From: Takakia lepidozioides
Taxonomy: Eukaryota; Plantae; Bryophyta
Length of the DNA: 64,000 nucleotides
Assembly (NCBI GenBank): GCA_030704615.1
Contig: CM060733.1
Span: 15,376,001-15,440,000, forward strand
Direction: 5' to 3'
In this document: in pieces, positions 27,446 through 41,062 of the stretch
Layout: each line of letters opens with the position of its first letter
How positions within the stretch are numbered: the first letter of the stretch is position 1
Program-made: the position numbers and the translations under genes
The notes under the pieces: model-generated
Database searches by the model: none
Seen by the model: the letters and a program-made list of their open reading frames with translations, nothing else
What the model was told of the DNA's origin: nothing

Positions 27446-28619
27446 GAACTCCAGGAAAGCCCAAAACCCTTCATCCGTTTCACCTTCATGTGGTGAAATC
27501 AGCAGTTGGGGGCTCCACGGTTATAGGCCCACCTTCTTTGTGGTGGCATGACCACCCCCCCAGGCATCACGCCAGCATGTGAGCGACAGGCTCACGCACG
27601 TCAGCATCAGCGTGAGCGTAGGCTCACGACACGTCATCATTGTGTGAGCGTACGCTCACACGCTCACGCGGTAGCGTCGTTGGTTCTGAACTGGAGGTTC
27701 TTTGATCCTAAGATCTGTGAAAACCGGAACCGGAGGGTATGAAAGAAATCAAATAACCCCCCAACACTGATGCAAAACCCCACAGGTTTCTAAAGGACCT
27801 AATTCCAATTGCCTGACCCACTAAGGTTTCTAAAGCACGGAAAATCGCATGCCTTTACAACAGTTTACCATCATACAGCTTCATTAGTGACTAGGGATTT
27901 TGATGACCGTGAACCTTACCATCACTCATTTGCTCCACTTGGTACCATAGATGCATGCTTTGTAAGATTCGAGCGTTTGCTCCTCCTTTGAAGTTTGGTC
28001 TTCTTTCTAGTCTCTTCCGTCTGGCAACCGCTTTCTCCCTACTGACGTTGTTATCCACTCTCAGAGCATTCAACTTTTCCCCACTTGATGCGATGGATGC
28101 ATGCGCCTTACAGTGTTTGCAATTTGAACAATTGCACTTGCCCTTCCCTTCAAGTTTGATCTTCTTTCCAGCTGACGGGAAATCTTCAAAGATATTTTGG
28201 GCTTGGCATGCAAAGGAGGAGCGCTCTCTGTTGATGATTACAAGACCAGGGATACTTGCCTGATTTAGAGGCATTGGATTTCTCCCTCCCAAGTTGGTCA
28301 AACACTCTTATAACAAAATGCAAGCATGCAACACGAATGAAGAAGACATAATCGTCCAACTTCAAGTCTAGGTCAAAGGCGAACTCCCTCTACCCATTAG
28401 TAATAGACTGTGTGGCCATCTTCTTGAAACTTATTTGGGCTTTCGAAAGTTATGATCCTACTGCGGTGGTACGTGTGTTTCTTCATACATGGGAGTGTCA
28501 AGAACTGCCATTGAGACAAAAAGGAAACGATGAGTTTGGAATTCTAGACTACAAAATACAGTGTCGTCAATTCGCCAATGAAAACACCCACAACAAACCT
28601 AAGCGAGGCACAATGACAG

Positions 28620-31600
28620 TGAATCCAGATGCAAGTGGGCCCTCCCACTCTCCCCGAGGCCACACTAACGGAGACCTCTACCATCGATCGCCTCCACACC
28701 CTTCCCCAAATCGGCTTTCAGGTACGCGGCGGCATCCCACAGATCTTACCTCTTGCTACCTCCTTCTCGACGACAGACACATTCACCTGAACAGACCGCC
28801 TGTTCTTTTGTCCCATCTCTTCTTCCACCACCAGCACCACCATCTCATCAACCAGACCGAGTGCCTTGCCCAGGTTGTGGTCGGATATTTGCCCGTATCA
28901 GGGGTCTTGCGCGTCATCAACGTATGTGTTCTATGTCCAGTCAGTCTTCTCCCGACGGTCCTATACCTCCCCCTTTAGTTACTCCTTCTGCTCAGGCTTG
29001 ACATTGGATTGGAACCTTTGATGTTTTGGGAGCATTTCATCTAGGTTTGTCTTGTCCTCGGCTCTATACTCGCATCCCAATGGCACTTCGAAGGGAGGTA
29101 CAACATGCTTTCCACTTACATTTGGATTGTCGTGCTCGGGACCCTTATGACAATGCTGCATGACACTTTTCTAGTGCTTCTCCCTCAATGGTGTCTAGTT
29201 CTGCCTTCATGTGGTGGTGAATCCAGAGGTTTTTTTTTTGGGGATTGGGAAACCCTTCAAGACGAACACTATCTATGTGCACAAGCACTTGTGGCGCGAA
29301 TAGCTCACAAAAGTCCACGCCAACCCACTCCATCCGTTCACATGGGTCTTCGTAGGAGTCTTATGCTAGGCCAGGCAGGAGAATATTCTCGTGCAGCCCG
29401 AGCTCTTGCTCCTCTTATCCCAGCACCGCCTTCGGCTGATGCTGTCACAGCTTTGGAGTGTCTCTACCCCGGTGCAGACGCCATCCTCTTTCCCTTTGTG
29501 GAGGACTTTGAACCCGATGATGACCTTCAATTGGATCGCGATACTTTCATAAAGGCGTTTGCTCGTAGCCCGCATCTTGCAGCAGATGACCCATCTGGAA
29601 TGGTGTATGAACATCTCTGTGATTGTCTCTGCAATCCACAGGACTCTGCTAGTGGTTTTTCCCAGTTGTTCCAAGTTTGTTCTTGCATTGCGACCGGGCG
29701 TACACCGACCCCTGTAGCATGTTTGCTTGGAGCAACACGGTTCTTGGCCATGTCTAAGACTGCTGGTGGGATTCGGCCTATAGCAGTCGGGGAGGTTCTG
29801 TATCGTTTGGTGAGTCATTCTATTTGCATCCAGTTTTGGGAGGTCTTTTATGCTTACTTCTCTCCCCATCAGTTTGGGGTCGCTACCTCAAGAGGTTGTG
29901 AAGCAGTGGTGTATGGGATTCGTGCTTCCCTCGACCTTCATCCAGATTGGATAGTCCTTCAGGTGGATGTCACCAACGCTTTCAACACGGTTTCCATAGC
30001 AGCAATATTTTAGGAATTGCGATCAGCCGGCAGCGCATGCCATCATCCATTCCCTATATGAGATTGTTTTATGCTTCTTCCATCCCTTTGTTTTATAATC
30101 ATCATGCATGTACTGGAGAGCTTACAGTTATTCAGTCAGAAGTAGGTACGCGTCAGGGCAACCCATTAGGAGGACCTCTTTTTGCCTTTGCCCACTTCCG
30201 AGCTCTTCGCTCTTCCGGCCAAGCCTTCCAATCCTGCATATTTCCTTCTATTGCTTATGATACACACATCATTGGCCCTCCCAGTGATATCCTCTTGGCT
30301 TTCCCATCACTTTGCTAACCAACTCCACTCCCTAGGGCTCACTGTTCAACCCCGCAAGTCCACAGTTTGGTCACCCTCTGGTCTGCCTTCAGATTTTTTG
30401 TGCCCCCTACCGATTTTCTAGCACCATTTGAAGGTATTCGAGTGTTAGGTGTTCCTCTTGGCACTATCCTTTACACAACATCTTTCCTTCAAGACGCCTT
30501 GCTATATGATACCAGCCATATAGAGCTTCTTCCCAAACTAGGGGATATGTAGGTAGCCCATGACATCCTCACCAAATGCTTTCTACACCGACATTCTTAT
30601 CTCTTACGTAGTTTCCCCCCCAAGTCCCCAATTTTTGGAGCTTCTGTCTTCTTTTGATACGACTGTATGGGGATTTTTGGTTGTCTATTACGCCCGGGTG
30701 CATTTGATAGTGTCCTTGGCATATCGTCAAGCTACCCTCCCGATTTCTTCTGGGGGAGTGGGCTTATTATCCAAAGTCGCAACTGGACCCTACTGCCTTC
30801 TTGGGTAGTTGGGCTCTAATTGCTCCAGCCTTGGCATCTCAGTTTTTGTGTCAACAACACCCTATCCTCATGGATGTGGTTGCCCACGTCGATGATGGCT
30901 CTTTGCCCTTCTAGCAATATCTTCATGCAGCACGGGACCTCCTCCCGATACCAGCACAAGTTTGTCTGCTACCATTCGAACAATAGGTGACTCCAGGCCT
31001 GGAGTACTTACAGGATACCATCATGGAATGCGTGCACCGATACTCCTTTTCTAGCATGCTTTCCGATGCTCCTTCAAATACACATCGGGCCAAACTTCTC
31101 TCTTGTGTTGGGCCCAGAACAAGCGCCTGACCTGGGTGGTCATCTCTCACGATGGGCTACGTACATTGGCAGACGTGGTCATCATTGATCCTACTAGAGC
31201 AAATCTCCTTCCACGCACTGCCTCATCACAGGGAGTTGCTGCTTCAGTAGCCGGACAGGGGAAGGAGCACGACTATCGGGAACGTCACCCCACATACACA
31301 TTCCTCCTTTTGGCGGTCAAGGTATTCGGTTGTTTGCATCATTAGTTCAATGACTTCCTTCGTATATGTGCCCATCGCGCAACTGAAAACAAAAGCATTG
31401 GAAGCCCGTACTCTATGTTCTTATAGCTTTCCTTAGACAACGAGTCTCTGTTGCTTTACAAAAGGCTCAAACTCTATCCATTTTGCATCGGGCAGAGGTT
31501 GCCGGGGCAGCTTCATCTCGCTTCCCGACACTTTCTGACCCACCCTGCTTTCCTGTTGTCTAACCTTCTTCAGGCAGTAGGTGATATACAACACAACAGT
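28620..31600 (+). mobile_element. Degenerate CRE/R2-like non-LTR retrotransposon (C2H2 finger, RT, restriction-like endonuclease)
   Basis: CPGCGRIFARIRGLARHQRMC; GGIRPIAVGEVLYRL; HQFGVATSRGCE; LQVDVTNAFN; GTRQGNPLGGPLF; LADVVIIDPT...KEHDY...AVKVFGCLH. Many stops and frameshifts. Confidence 0.85.
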
Positions 31601-33799
31601 TTGATTTCTGTTTATCATTATATCTAGCTCTATGAGATTTTGCTTCTCCCTTGGGGATAGTTTTACCCATTTTGTACATCCACCTCACTTGGGTCTTTTT
31701 ATAAAGCTATATAGGATCCCCCATATTCAATTGTATGACCATCATTTTGCTTGTATGGTAGAAGGCCCCATTAAGCATACCCCATTGTAACGCACAACCA
31801 TAGAGCTCACCCTAGAAAGGGGGCACTACCTGCATGGGAAAGAGGCTCTTATTTACTTTAACTTTGGTTAGCATCATTTATTTATTCAGCACACATCACA
31901 AGTTGTTTTCGGAAAAAGAATTGGAGTATTTTTAGGTTGGGTGCAATTAACTTACCCCCAAAGAGGAACAAACGAACAAAACATCTTACCAGCTTTAAGT
32001 TACCTCAAATTGTTCTATGTAGATCAACTCTATAGTATCAAAAGATGTAGATCTCAATTTCAATCTCCACGGGAGGTTTCCCGTCCTAAATATAATACCA
32101 ACTCTATATATTGTTGACAATTGGATCATGCGAACAAACGAATGGGATTGTCGAAGTCTGGATTTAGCCGAATTCAAACGAAACTTTTTGGGAATGTTGA
32201 GGTTTGGAAACTTGGTGGAAAATTCACGAAATGCATGAGATGTTCAAAGATCTTATCCAGAAGTCAGTCAGCGGAACTGAGGAGCAGAGAAAGCACAAAA
32301 GGAAATTTGAGAGACATTTGAAGCATCAGGAGCCATGTCGCAGGCTTTATCATAGTTAACGAAATGAATCAACGATGATGGGTGAGGAGTTTCTGTGTAT
32401 TAAGGTATGATGGATCACTTGAGGACTGCGTTGCCCCGACTCCTCGTAACAAACAAGATGACATCTGGTCTCGGTCAGCTACCTATATCCCTAACAGGTG
32501 TGGTGACTCATGGCCATGGGTGACGGTGCTTATGCTCAGTTCACGAATGAGTTATGGCCAAGTGATCCTAACTTGACAATCAGCTCCTTGGCTCATTGTT
32601 TTCGCGCTCTTGAGAAGCCCACATGTCGAGACTCAAGAGAAATTTTCGATCATCCAATGCAGAACTCTTTTTTTGAAACTCTAATGAGGGGAAAGGAGTC
32701 TCAAAACCTCTCATTTATCCCTCAACTGATATAGAAGGTCGCAGACTTCAAGAAGTCTGTGGCTCGATATATTATTGATGGGAGCGATGCGCTAATCGGC
32801 ACATCTGAAATGCATATCTTCAAGTTCTATGTGGATTGTGACGGTTGGCCTGTAATGAAGTATAAGAAATCGGCAACCAACGTTGACTGGCTTCCGAAGT
32901 AGGGTGCAGTCAAAATGTGGAAGGTTGTTGAGGACGGGAGGTCTCCCCTGCTACCCAGGGGGTCCCGGAACCTATTCCACTGCAGCCTATTTGGGGAATA
33001 AAGCCAGACACCAAGGAAAAAAATGCCAGTATTGTAAATGGCCTTTCAAAGTACCGCAAATTCTAGAGACTTGGGATGGATTTCGACAAGAACTACAAAA
33101 ATATCATGAAGAACTATTATGAGTATTGGAAGGATGTTCTTATTGAACTTGATAAGCCATTGCCTGAGCCAAAGACAAGCTGGAGGAGGGGTTTTGGCCT
33201 TCGACTCTGTGGAAAGATAACCATAAAAGAGATGGGATTAGGGTTGAATGTGAGAGTCAGGAGGAGTCAGAGGACACTACAACAGTTCCTGGCATTAACG
33301 TCTGCCACATTTGCCCAGTCGTAGCATATATGTCTACAAAATGCAAGAGGGCAGTCTTGGATGCCAATTGTGACCACCAGAAGACGTATATGCCACTGTG
33401 TGCCTCCGCCACGTCAGGATCTGCGGTCAAACACATTTGACCAGATAGATTGAGATGGTAGATACGACTACGAGTCATGGCCAAAACTACACTATGATGA
33501 CATGGACATTGCAAAGTATGACTGCTAGTATTCATAACTACACGTGGCGATTGTTGGTTGCCCAAGGAATGTCTATGTGGAAAATGCAAAGATAAATGGA
33601 TGAAATAGAACGAGGATGTGACTGCAAATGACGACATGTCTACATATCATTGCTCGCGTGGTTGAAATATTGTGGTGTATTGGATGCAAGTGCATCTAAC
33701 GGCTGCAAATGATACGACTTCGAAGGTGACGTCGACTTACTGGTGATTTATTTTAAATTGTAAGTGGTTTCAACAACTTCACTAACAACTCCACAATTA

Positions 33800-34850
33800 T
33801 ATTAAATCCCGAAACTCTTGTGCTGATCTTGGTTTCGCAATCCCAAACCCTCTTCCCCCGTTTCATTCATACCCCAGTGAGAATATGCAACTGGTCATCT
33901 AAGTTCAAAGAGTTTGATCCCCAACCACCTCTTACCATACCTGTCCTGTCTTGGCTCAATACCTCCACATTTGTTTGGATCCTGGGAAGACCTCTGGCGG
34001 ACCTCCAGCTGGACCCCAAGGAATGGGAATGGACCTTTGGCCGCGCTACATCACCCCTTCTTACCTACACCCCCAAGATGGATTATAGGGCTCTTAACAC
34101 ACAGCCAGCCCTCTTCACTAAGTGGAATAGCAAATGGAGTCACTTTGGTTTCTTGAATGAAAACTGGTCAGCAATCTGGTCTTCCATCTGGCTAAAAATT
34201 AGGCCGGCCAAGATCTCAGCGTTTTTATGGCAAGTAGCGAACAGAGCCCTAAAAGTGGGAGAATGGTTGCAATTCCATGAAGCTCTTCTATGTCGATGCT
34301 GCTCCTCGAGTATTATTGAATCTCATGAGCACTGCCTTCTGACCTGTATAGCTCCACCCAAAATCTGGCCCTTCATCAAGGTATTCTACAGACATTGGAG
34401 TCTCTCAAATATTGGCCCTCTAGATCTGCTACTTAATTACAACAAACAACCAATGGCCGATCATTTCCATATCCGGTCTTCGAGACTCTTCGCGCTTCTA
34501 CGTTATGGCACCTATGGCGTGCTAGATGTAAAAAGACCTTTAGCAAGGAGACAATCAGTACCTCAACTTTGTTGGCTATGGTGTACAAAGATCTTTTAAC
34601 AGAGTCGAAAAAAGCTTGGGCAAAATGTGTTGCAGACTGCCACATGACTCCAAGGCAGGCGCCAGCAATCCATGCATCATTCAGGACGACGTGGGCCTGC
34701 CATGGCGTCATCTGTCCAAGCGACGAGCAGGAACACTGTATTTGGAACGCTCTCCCCCCTCAGCGCTGGAGAGACCTCAGAGCTCCACTCCACGGCCTCG
34801 CCGGAATTTGAGAGAGACGTGAACTGGAAACACGTCAAGCACCCTGCCAC
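33800..34850 (+). mobile_element. L1-type LINE 3' fragment (zf-RVT region)
   Basis: WSAIWSSIW...KISAFLWQVANRALKVGEW...CRCC...ESHEHCLLTC in ORF 33820-34599. Confidence 0.75.
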
Positions 34851-35479
34851 TACTTCCAGGCTAAATTTTCGTTAAATGTAGTTGTAGATTAGCTCCTCGA
34901 TAATCTCAGCTGCAGGCTTAACTTTTTGAAAGTCTCTCGGTCAGGGCTAGGTTGCTGTGAGAGGTTCGTTTTCTTTCAGCACACTGCTGCACTTTAGCAG
35001 CAGGTAATGGATCTCCCTTCACTGACTACAGTGTGTAGCCCTCATGGTGCAAAAGGGATTTTATTTTTTTCCCCTCAATCTGGAATAAATGCAATATTTA
35101 ACAGGAATATATATATATATACTAAATTCATATAATTTGAGATATATATTAGTAATTAAATAAAATATACAGTCGTTTTAACTGTGACTCATTTAATCGA
35201 GAACAATGGAGCCTGGCACACAGATGTGGTCGCTCTTAGCAGCACACTAGCTGCCGTAGCCTTGGCAACACTTATATATATACAAATATATAAAGCTAAA
35301 AATACCTTTACATAATGACATGGAATATATAATCATTTTATATATTGTTAGGGTGCAAAACGTTCAAAAAATTCAAAAGATTGGCTCGAATTTAGGGTTG
35401 CTAGGTCGCAGAGTGCAAGGCTGGGACTTAGTGTTTTTTGCGATCTGCGTCTTCTTAGTGCCAAAGCATCGCGATAGCA

Positions 35480-37740
35480 CGCCGACACACACAAGAGGTC
35501 CTCTTGGGTTCATGGTCAGTCCAATCCTCCATGGGTCAAGACACAAGGTCGAGGACAATGTGGTGAGGGCACCTTCTTCTTCTTCTTCTTCGACCTATTC
35601 CAGCCTGTTTTGCCCCCTCATCAGACTCGGCCCTGCATTTGCAGCACGGAGCAGAGCTGGCATGAGTTTTTGAAAGATCCTCCACGCTGGTGGGACAACC
35701 GTAATCGAAAGGTGTGGCTTTTTCTTAATGTACGATGTGAAGAAGTTTGTCCATCCTGCAAATGTGCTCTCGGCTCGGCACATGATTTGGTATTCTTCCT
35801 GATATTTACAAGGTTCTTGGGAGAGTCAGCTTGGTCTTAGCAGGTCGTGTTTCCATCTCTGCCCGCTCAGTTGCACCGTGGTGGTTCTCACGGACCAATC
35901 AAACATTACCTGACTACGGACACAAGCAGCACACACGAGGTCCTCTTGGTTTCATGGTCAGTCCAATCCTCCATGGGTCAAGACACAAGGTCGAGGACAA
36001 TGTGGTGAGGGCACCTTCTTCTTCAACCTATTTCGGCCTGTTTTACCCTCTCATCAGACTCGGCCCCGAGATGCATACTTAATTCTATAAGTTAGATGGT
36101 TGGGTGGATCTGTGGTGGTTAGGAGTGACTTTGACAAGCCACTGCCGATGTGGCAGCAGGAAGGTATCCAAAAATAGATAACATAGATGAGGAGAAGCTC
36201 GTTGGTGCATCGATGGTGGTTTTGGAGTGATTTTGACATGTTGCTGTAGGTAGGGTTAGGGCGTCAGTGTCAGCTGCTAGCTGCAGCAAGGCTGAGGATG
36301 TATTCACGATTTGTACACAGACATGGATAGTTGAAGGAGTGCAAGGATAGATTGTGGTTCCAGATTCATCCAAGATGCCCGGATTTCAAGCTCTTCCCTG
36401 TGGAGGTTAGCTACAAGAAACAGATGGTCAACTGGTAGTGGCACTGCTAGTGCAGTATCAACTAGCACTGCTAATGAAACCTCTTCAACACATTTCAGCC
36501 TGTTTTTCTCTGTCATCAGAGTCGTCCCTCAATTTTCCATGTTAAATTCTGCAAGTTAGCTCCTTGATGGATCTATGGTGGTTTTCGAGTGATTTTTTTG
36601 GAGTGATTTTGACATGTGACATCATGGCTGGAGTACTTCAGCTTGTTTTTTCTCATCAGACTTGGCCCCAAGATGCATATTGAATTTCTGTAAGTGAGCT
36701 CGTTGGGGTGGATGTGTGGTGGCCGTTTAGAGTGACTTTGACAAGTTAATGCCGATGTGACTGCAGGAAAGTGTCGAAAAACAGATAATAGAGATGAGGA
36801 GAATGGACAGACTTGGCCCTGACATGCATATTGAATTCTGTAAGTTAGCTCGTTGGATGGATTTGTGGTGGTTTGGGGTGACTTTGACAAGTCTCTGCTG
36901 ATGTGGCAGCAAGAAAGTATTTGCGTGGGTGGATGGTCAACTGGAAACAGCAGGGGCAGCAACACAATTGGTAGAACAAGGCATTGCTAATGAAGGTACC
37001 TTCTTCAACACATTTCACCCTTGTCGTGTTTCAATCTTTGCCCGCTCAGTTGCACAGTGGTGGTTCTCACGGACCAATCCGACATTACCTGACTACGGAC
37101 ACAAGCAGCACACAAGATGGGTTCATGGTCAGTCAAATCCTCCATGGGTCATGACACAAGGACGAGGACAATGTGGTAAAGATACCTTCTTCTTCGACCT
37201 ATTTCAGCTTGTTTTTCCTCTCATCAGACTCAGCCCTGAATTTGCATATTAAATTCTGTAAGTTAGCGTTGGGTGGATCTGTGGTGGTTTGAAGTGACTT
37301 TCACAAGTTATTGCCGATATGGCAGCTGAAAGTACCCAAAAATAGATAACAGAGATGTAGAGAAGCTTTGGAATGAACGCTTTTCCGACCTGGAGGAGCA
37401 GGGATAGAGTGTGGGTCCAGATTCATCCAAGAGGGCCGGATCTCAAGCTCCAGATTACCTATGATTCCATGTGACCTGCATGGGTAGATGGTCAACTGGT
37501 AGCAGCGGCACAATTGATAAAATCAGGCACTGGTAATCAAGGCACCTCTTCAACACAATTCACCCTGTTTTTCCCTCTTATCAGAATCAGCCCTAAATTT
37601 TCATGTTGAATTCTTTGATAGTTTGGAGTGACTTTCACATGATACTACCACAACAGGAAAGTATCCACAAACAGGTAACAGAGACGAGGAGAAGCTGTGG
37701 AATGAATACTTTCTGACCCCAGTCAATGGTGGGACCCTAA
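35480..37740 (+). pseudogene. Scrambled tandem array of OSB-type PDF-motif exons and introns
   Basis: TEQSWHEFLKDPPRWWDNRNRK (35645-35711); TNQTLPDYGHK (~35893); IHPRCPDFK (~36364); TNPTLPDYGHK..WVHGQSNPPWV (~37074); IHPRGPDLK (~37421); DEEKLWNEYF..PSQWWD (~37683). Confidence 0.8.
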
Positions 37741-38199
37741 GAGGTTCCTTCTGTTCTGTAAATACTTTCAGGAGAGTAATGCAAGTCTTCACTAATGTTA
37801 TTGTTGAAGGTTATGTTGTTGCAACAATTGAGAAATGGGTATTGTATACTTGACAACTTGTTTATTCTACTAGATGTGTTTGCTCCATTTGCCTCAAAGT
37901 GTTGTGGTTGATTGAGCATTCTGAGTACGTTGTGAACTCCCGGAAGTCCTGTCAGTCCTATGTGACCAATGCTCTTTGTAAGTAGCCCATTATTGTTGAG
38001 TCCTTATCACTCCACAAGCACTTGTCCAGAGCCCCACTGGTCCCAAAATCCCTTGAGGAATAACCGAACAAGCAAGCCTGTCTATGGTATGAGAATAACC
38101 ATGCCACTGTAGGCATGCTACATGTTGTAGTAACTGTTGCATTTGTGTCCAATGTAGTAAGAGATCAAGTGGACAAGTGATGGATGGGATGGAATAGCA

Positions 38200-39517
38200 A
38201 TGGACAGGTGGGCGATGCATTTTGAAGATGGACCATGCACCACTGTGTTTGGGTGGTCAACTGTGTTGGAGCTCGTAACTACAAGTTCTTCCTTCTTTTT
38301 CTTGTAAGAACTGCCCTAATTGTGATATAGGTCTTATTGTGTGTCTAGTAAGTTGTTAATGTTTGGCCAACCCTTACTGGAGTAGGATGCCACTGTGCCA
38401 GGCCTGACACTTGATCTTGTTTTACTGCCCTTTGCAATGGAACATTATAGTGGCCATCTGTCTGCCCTCTGGAGCTTGATTAGATCTTATTTCACATGGG
38501 TCAATTCTGTTTGGGAGAGAGTTATTTCTTTTCATTGTTGCACCAAGTGAATGTTGCAGTGGCAGATGGAAATTCTAACAGAAGTTGGGTTGAATGATGT
38601 AACTGTACACATTCTTGGAGACTTCATTGGTGACAGCAGCACTGACGCCGAACTATATATCTTTTTTCAGCGATGTGGAAGAGGAAGTAGCCCCGCCTTG
38701 GACCCTTGCTACGACCTTCCTTAGTTTTGGTGTGCACTTGAACATGCTGCGTTGAATCACAGGGATGAAGTGCATCATAGTATATATAACAGACATGTGT
38801 TGTGTGTGTTTGTATATCTCTGTATGTGTCCTTGTGTGTGTGAGAGAGGTGTCTTGTCACAGGCTGATTACTATATAGCCCGCACAAAATTTGGGGGAAG
38901 AGAGGGAGGGGGGCATGCAGAGAGTGGAAGGGATAAATGGCAGGTGTGGACAGGTGGGTGGGTGGTCAGTTTGTTGCGTTGACTCTATTAGACTTGCTTG
39001 TAAACATTCCATTTGCAAATGTATGTCAACTTTCGGAAGGACTGTATCGACTGCTTACAAGTGTTTGGTTGGCTGTGGTGTTGAACTTGGCTTTTGCACT
39101 TAGTGTGTTGGGCTTTCTCATAATGCATGTGGCATTGGTTGCGGACAACACAACAACTATTGAGGTGCACCATGTGACAACCCTGTGTTAGGCCTCCTTC
39201 ATTCAGCCGAACAATTTCCATTTTATTGCAGACACTCGTTGTCATTTTCAACCAATTTGTCACATTATCTTTTTGGGGACACTGGTCATAAGTACTTGAT
39301 CCAGGCTGTATGAGATAGCTAGACATATTGAGCTGAGATATGGATCCGTGCTATCCAACCACACCGATAAAATTGAAGCTATAGTATGAGCTTCAGTTCA
39401 AGTATCCCATCAGTTTGTAAGGATCTCTCTAAGTAGTATTTGATTGTATGCAATTCAGCATCTCATGCCTGAGTTCCATCTTTTGTTAAATGTGGTCAGG
39501 CATATGAAAAGAAGGCT
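38200..39517 (+). pseudogene. DHHC protein S-acyltransferase gene fragment with introns
   Basis: GRCILKMDH(+4 nt)HCVWVVNCVGARNYKFFLLFL (~38207-38303); SDVEEEVAPPWTLATTFLSF (~38667-38729); VLNLAFALSVLGFLIMHVALVADNTTTIE (~39078-39164); AYEKK (~39500). Confidence 0.85.
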
Positions 39518-39519
39518 TC

Positions 39520-39672
39520 CACAGAGGCATTTCAGCAGAATCAGATACATATGTCTGTCTCTTGGTTGAGTGCATCAAGATGGAAGGTCTGGAAGCTGGA
39601 AAGAAGGTGCACACTCACATTAAGTGGATTCACGCCAAATGTTTTTCTACTCAACACCCTTGTCAACATGTA
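39520..39672 (+). pseudogene. Short fragment of the first PPR motifs
   Basis: GISAESDTYVCL..CIKMEGLEAGKKVHTHI; near copy of 54058-54210 and 62440-62590. Confidence 0.7.
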
Positions 39673-41062
39673 TGACTTTCATGTTATCTAGACTTTGCAG
39701 CTTTGTGGTTTTTTTGTGGCAGCACCGGGTGGTAGGTGGTGTACACTTGGCAGTGCTTAGATTTTGGGTACTCTATGCAGTCATCCAAGCAGGACTTCAT
39801 GAGTGTGTTCCTCTGTTGGAACGGATCAATGAAACATTAAGTTACGTTGTGTTTGAATCGATGTTCCAATTTCAATGGTGCTGTCATGTTTCATTGCTTG
39901 TCTACTACCACACAACCTGTTGCCTTGCTTGGTGTACTAGTTTGTATTTTATTTTTTTCCTTATAGTATTTGAGTATTATGTAAGTTTACCATGGCAGCC
40001 TGGACACAGTCATGTATACGCTTGCCTCCCATCCAAAGACCCTCTCCACGTGGCACTTTCATTGTACCCCACGTGTTTGCCCTACCCTCGCCACGTGCGG
40101 TATCCAAAGTCCGTCCCTCGAAGTCATATGTTCCAGTCATAACGACCACTCCCATTATGCATAAATTGATACCATGTGTTGTCCTGGGGTTAATATGCGG
40201 AAGTCATACATGCCAGTCTTGGAAGACCCCCTCTCCTCACTCTGTCATGCCCGGAACTCCACGTGTAGTCCTGGAGTTAATCCGCGGAAGTCTTATATGC
40301 CAGTCGTGAAGACCTGTCGCCTTCCCTTTGTTGTGACACATGGCATATCCCTTTCATTCCACGTGAAGCTGACATGGATCCACAATCATTTACTACGGTC
40401 TTATCAATGACTATGATTAGGTGTCCCCGTTGCCACATCAACAGTGAGCTCACGACTGGCAGATACGACTCTATGGCGCTTACGACTCATTTGTCACAAC
40501 TGACTGGGTTTATCTGACTGGGCAGTCATGCAGTCATAAAAAGCTGATACGACTGGAAAATAGCAGACGTAAAAGCCAGGATCTGTTGTAGTGAGAGGAA
40601 GATTGCAACCAACTGGATCCCTATTGTGGGCCAAAGAGTCAGAGACCTAAAAAGCCGATGAACCCATTCAAAATTATTGACATTGGAAACTTCGTACTTG
40701 TTCGACCACCAGATACAGAGACATATCCAGTTTGGATGGGTGTGGCAATCTCTGATGTTGTTTGTGACTGTTCGGATGAGAGATATCGGCAAGTCCTTCT
40801 GGAGTGGTAGAGACCTAAAGGTGCTGCAGCGGAGGACGTGGATAGGTATAGAAACTGTTGGGACAAAGCTTGGGAGTTCAATGAATCTGATTCATCAAAG
40901 TGGATACATACGAATAGTGTGGTGTGGACAATGCCATCTCGGAAGAACACCTCCAAGTGGAGCTCTAGACGTATTGGAAAGGCCGAAGCAGTTAAGGCGA
41001 AAGCAAATCTATATGCTGCGAACGATCAAAGTGAGTCTGATCAAGCATAGTGTAGAGAGGTG

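Larger units (their letters stand above)
16630..27680. mobile_element. ~11 kb Mutator-like (MULE) DNA transposon with two divergent genes
   Basis: 9-bp flanks TAGTTCTGA (16621-29) and TGGTTCTGA (27681-89). GTGAGC..GCTCAC motifs at both ends. Contains a MULE/SWIM transposase. Confidence 0.75.
16497..27769. mobile_element. hAT-like MITE (about 220 bp; halves 16497-16629 and 27681-27769) split by the Mutator-like insertion
   Basis: Termini CTGTCTTGGGAGGTTCTTGGAATT versus revcomp CAGTGTTGGGGGGTTATTTGATTT (18/24). 8-bp flanks ATGCAAAC (16489-96) and ATGCAAAA (27770-77). Confidence 0.65.
33275..40593. mobile_element. CACTA-bounded non-autonomous element (7.3 kb) containing host-gene fragments
   Basis: TIRs CACTACAACAGTTCCTGGCATTAACGTCTGC and revcomp CACTACAACAGATCCTGGCTTTTACGTCTGC (28/31). 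3-bp flanks GGA and AGA. The interrupted ORF is restored on removal. Confidence 0.8.

Noticed and set aside
27891-28301. 136-aa Cys/basic ORF on the minus strand
   Set aside because: No recognisable domain or gene structure, so a call cannot be supported.
35480-37740. A genuine OSB gene
   Set aside because: No SSB/OB-fold exon was recognised; the PDF exons are scrambled and frameshifted.
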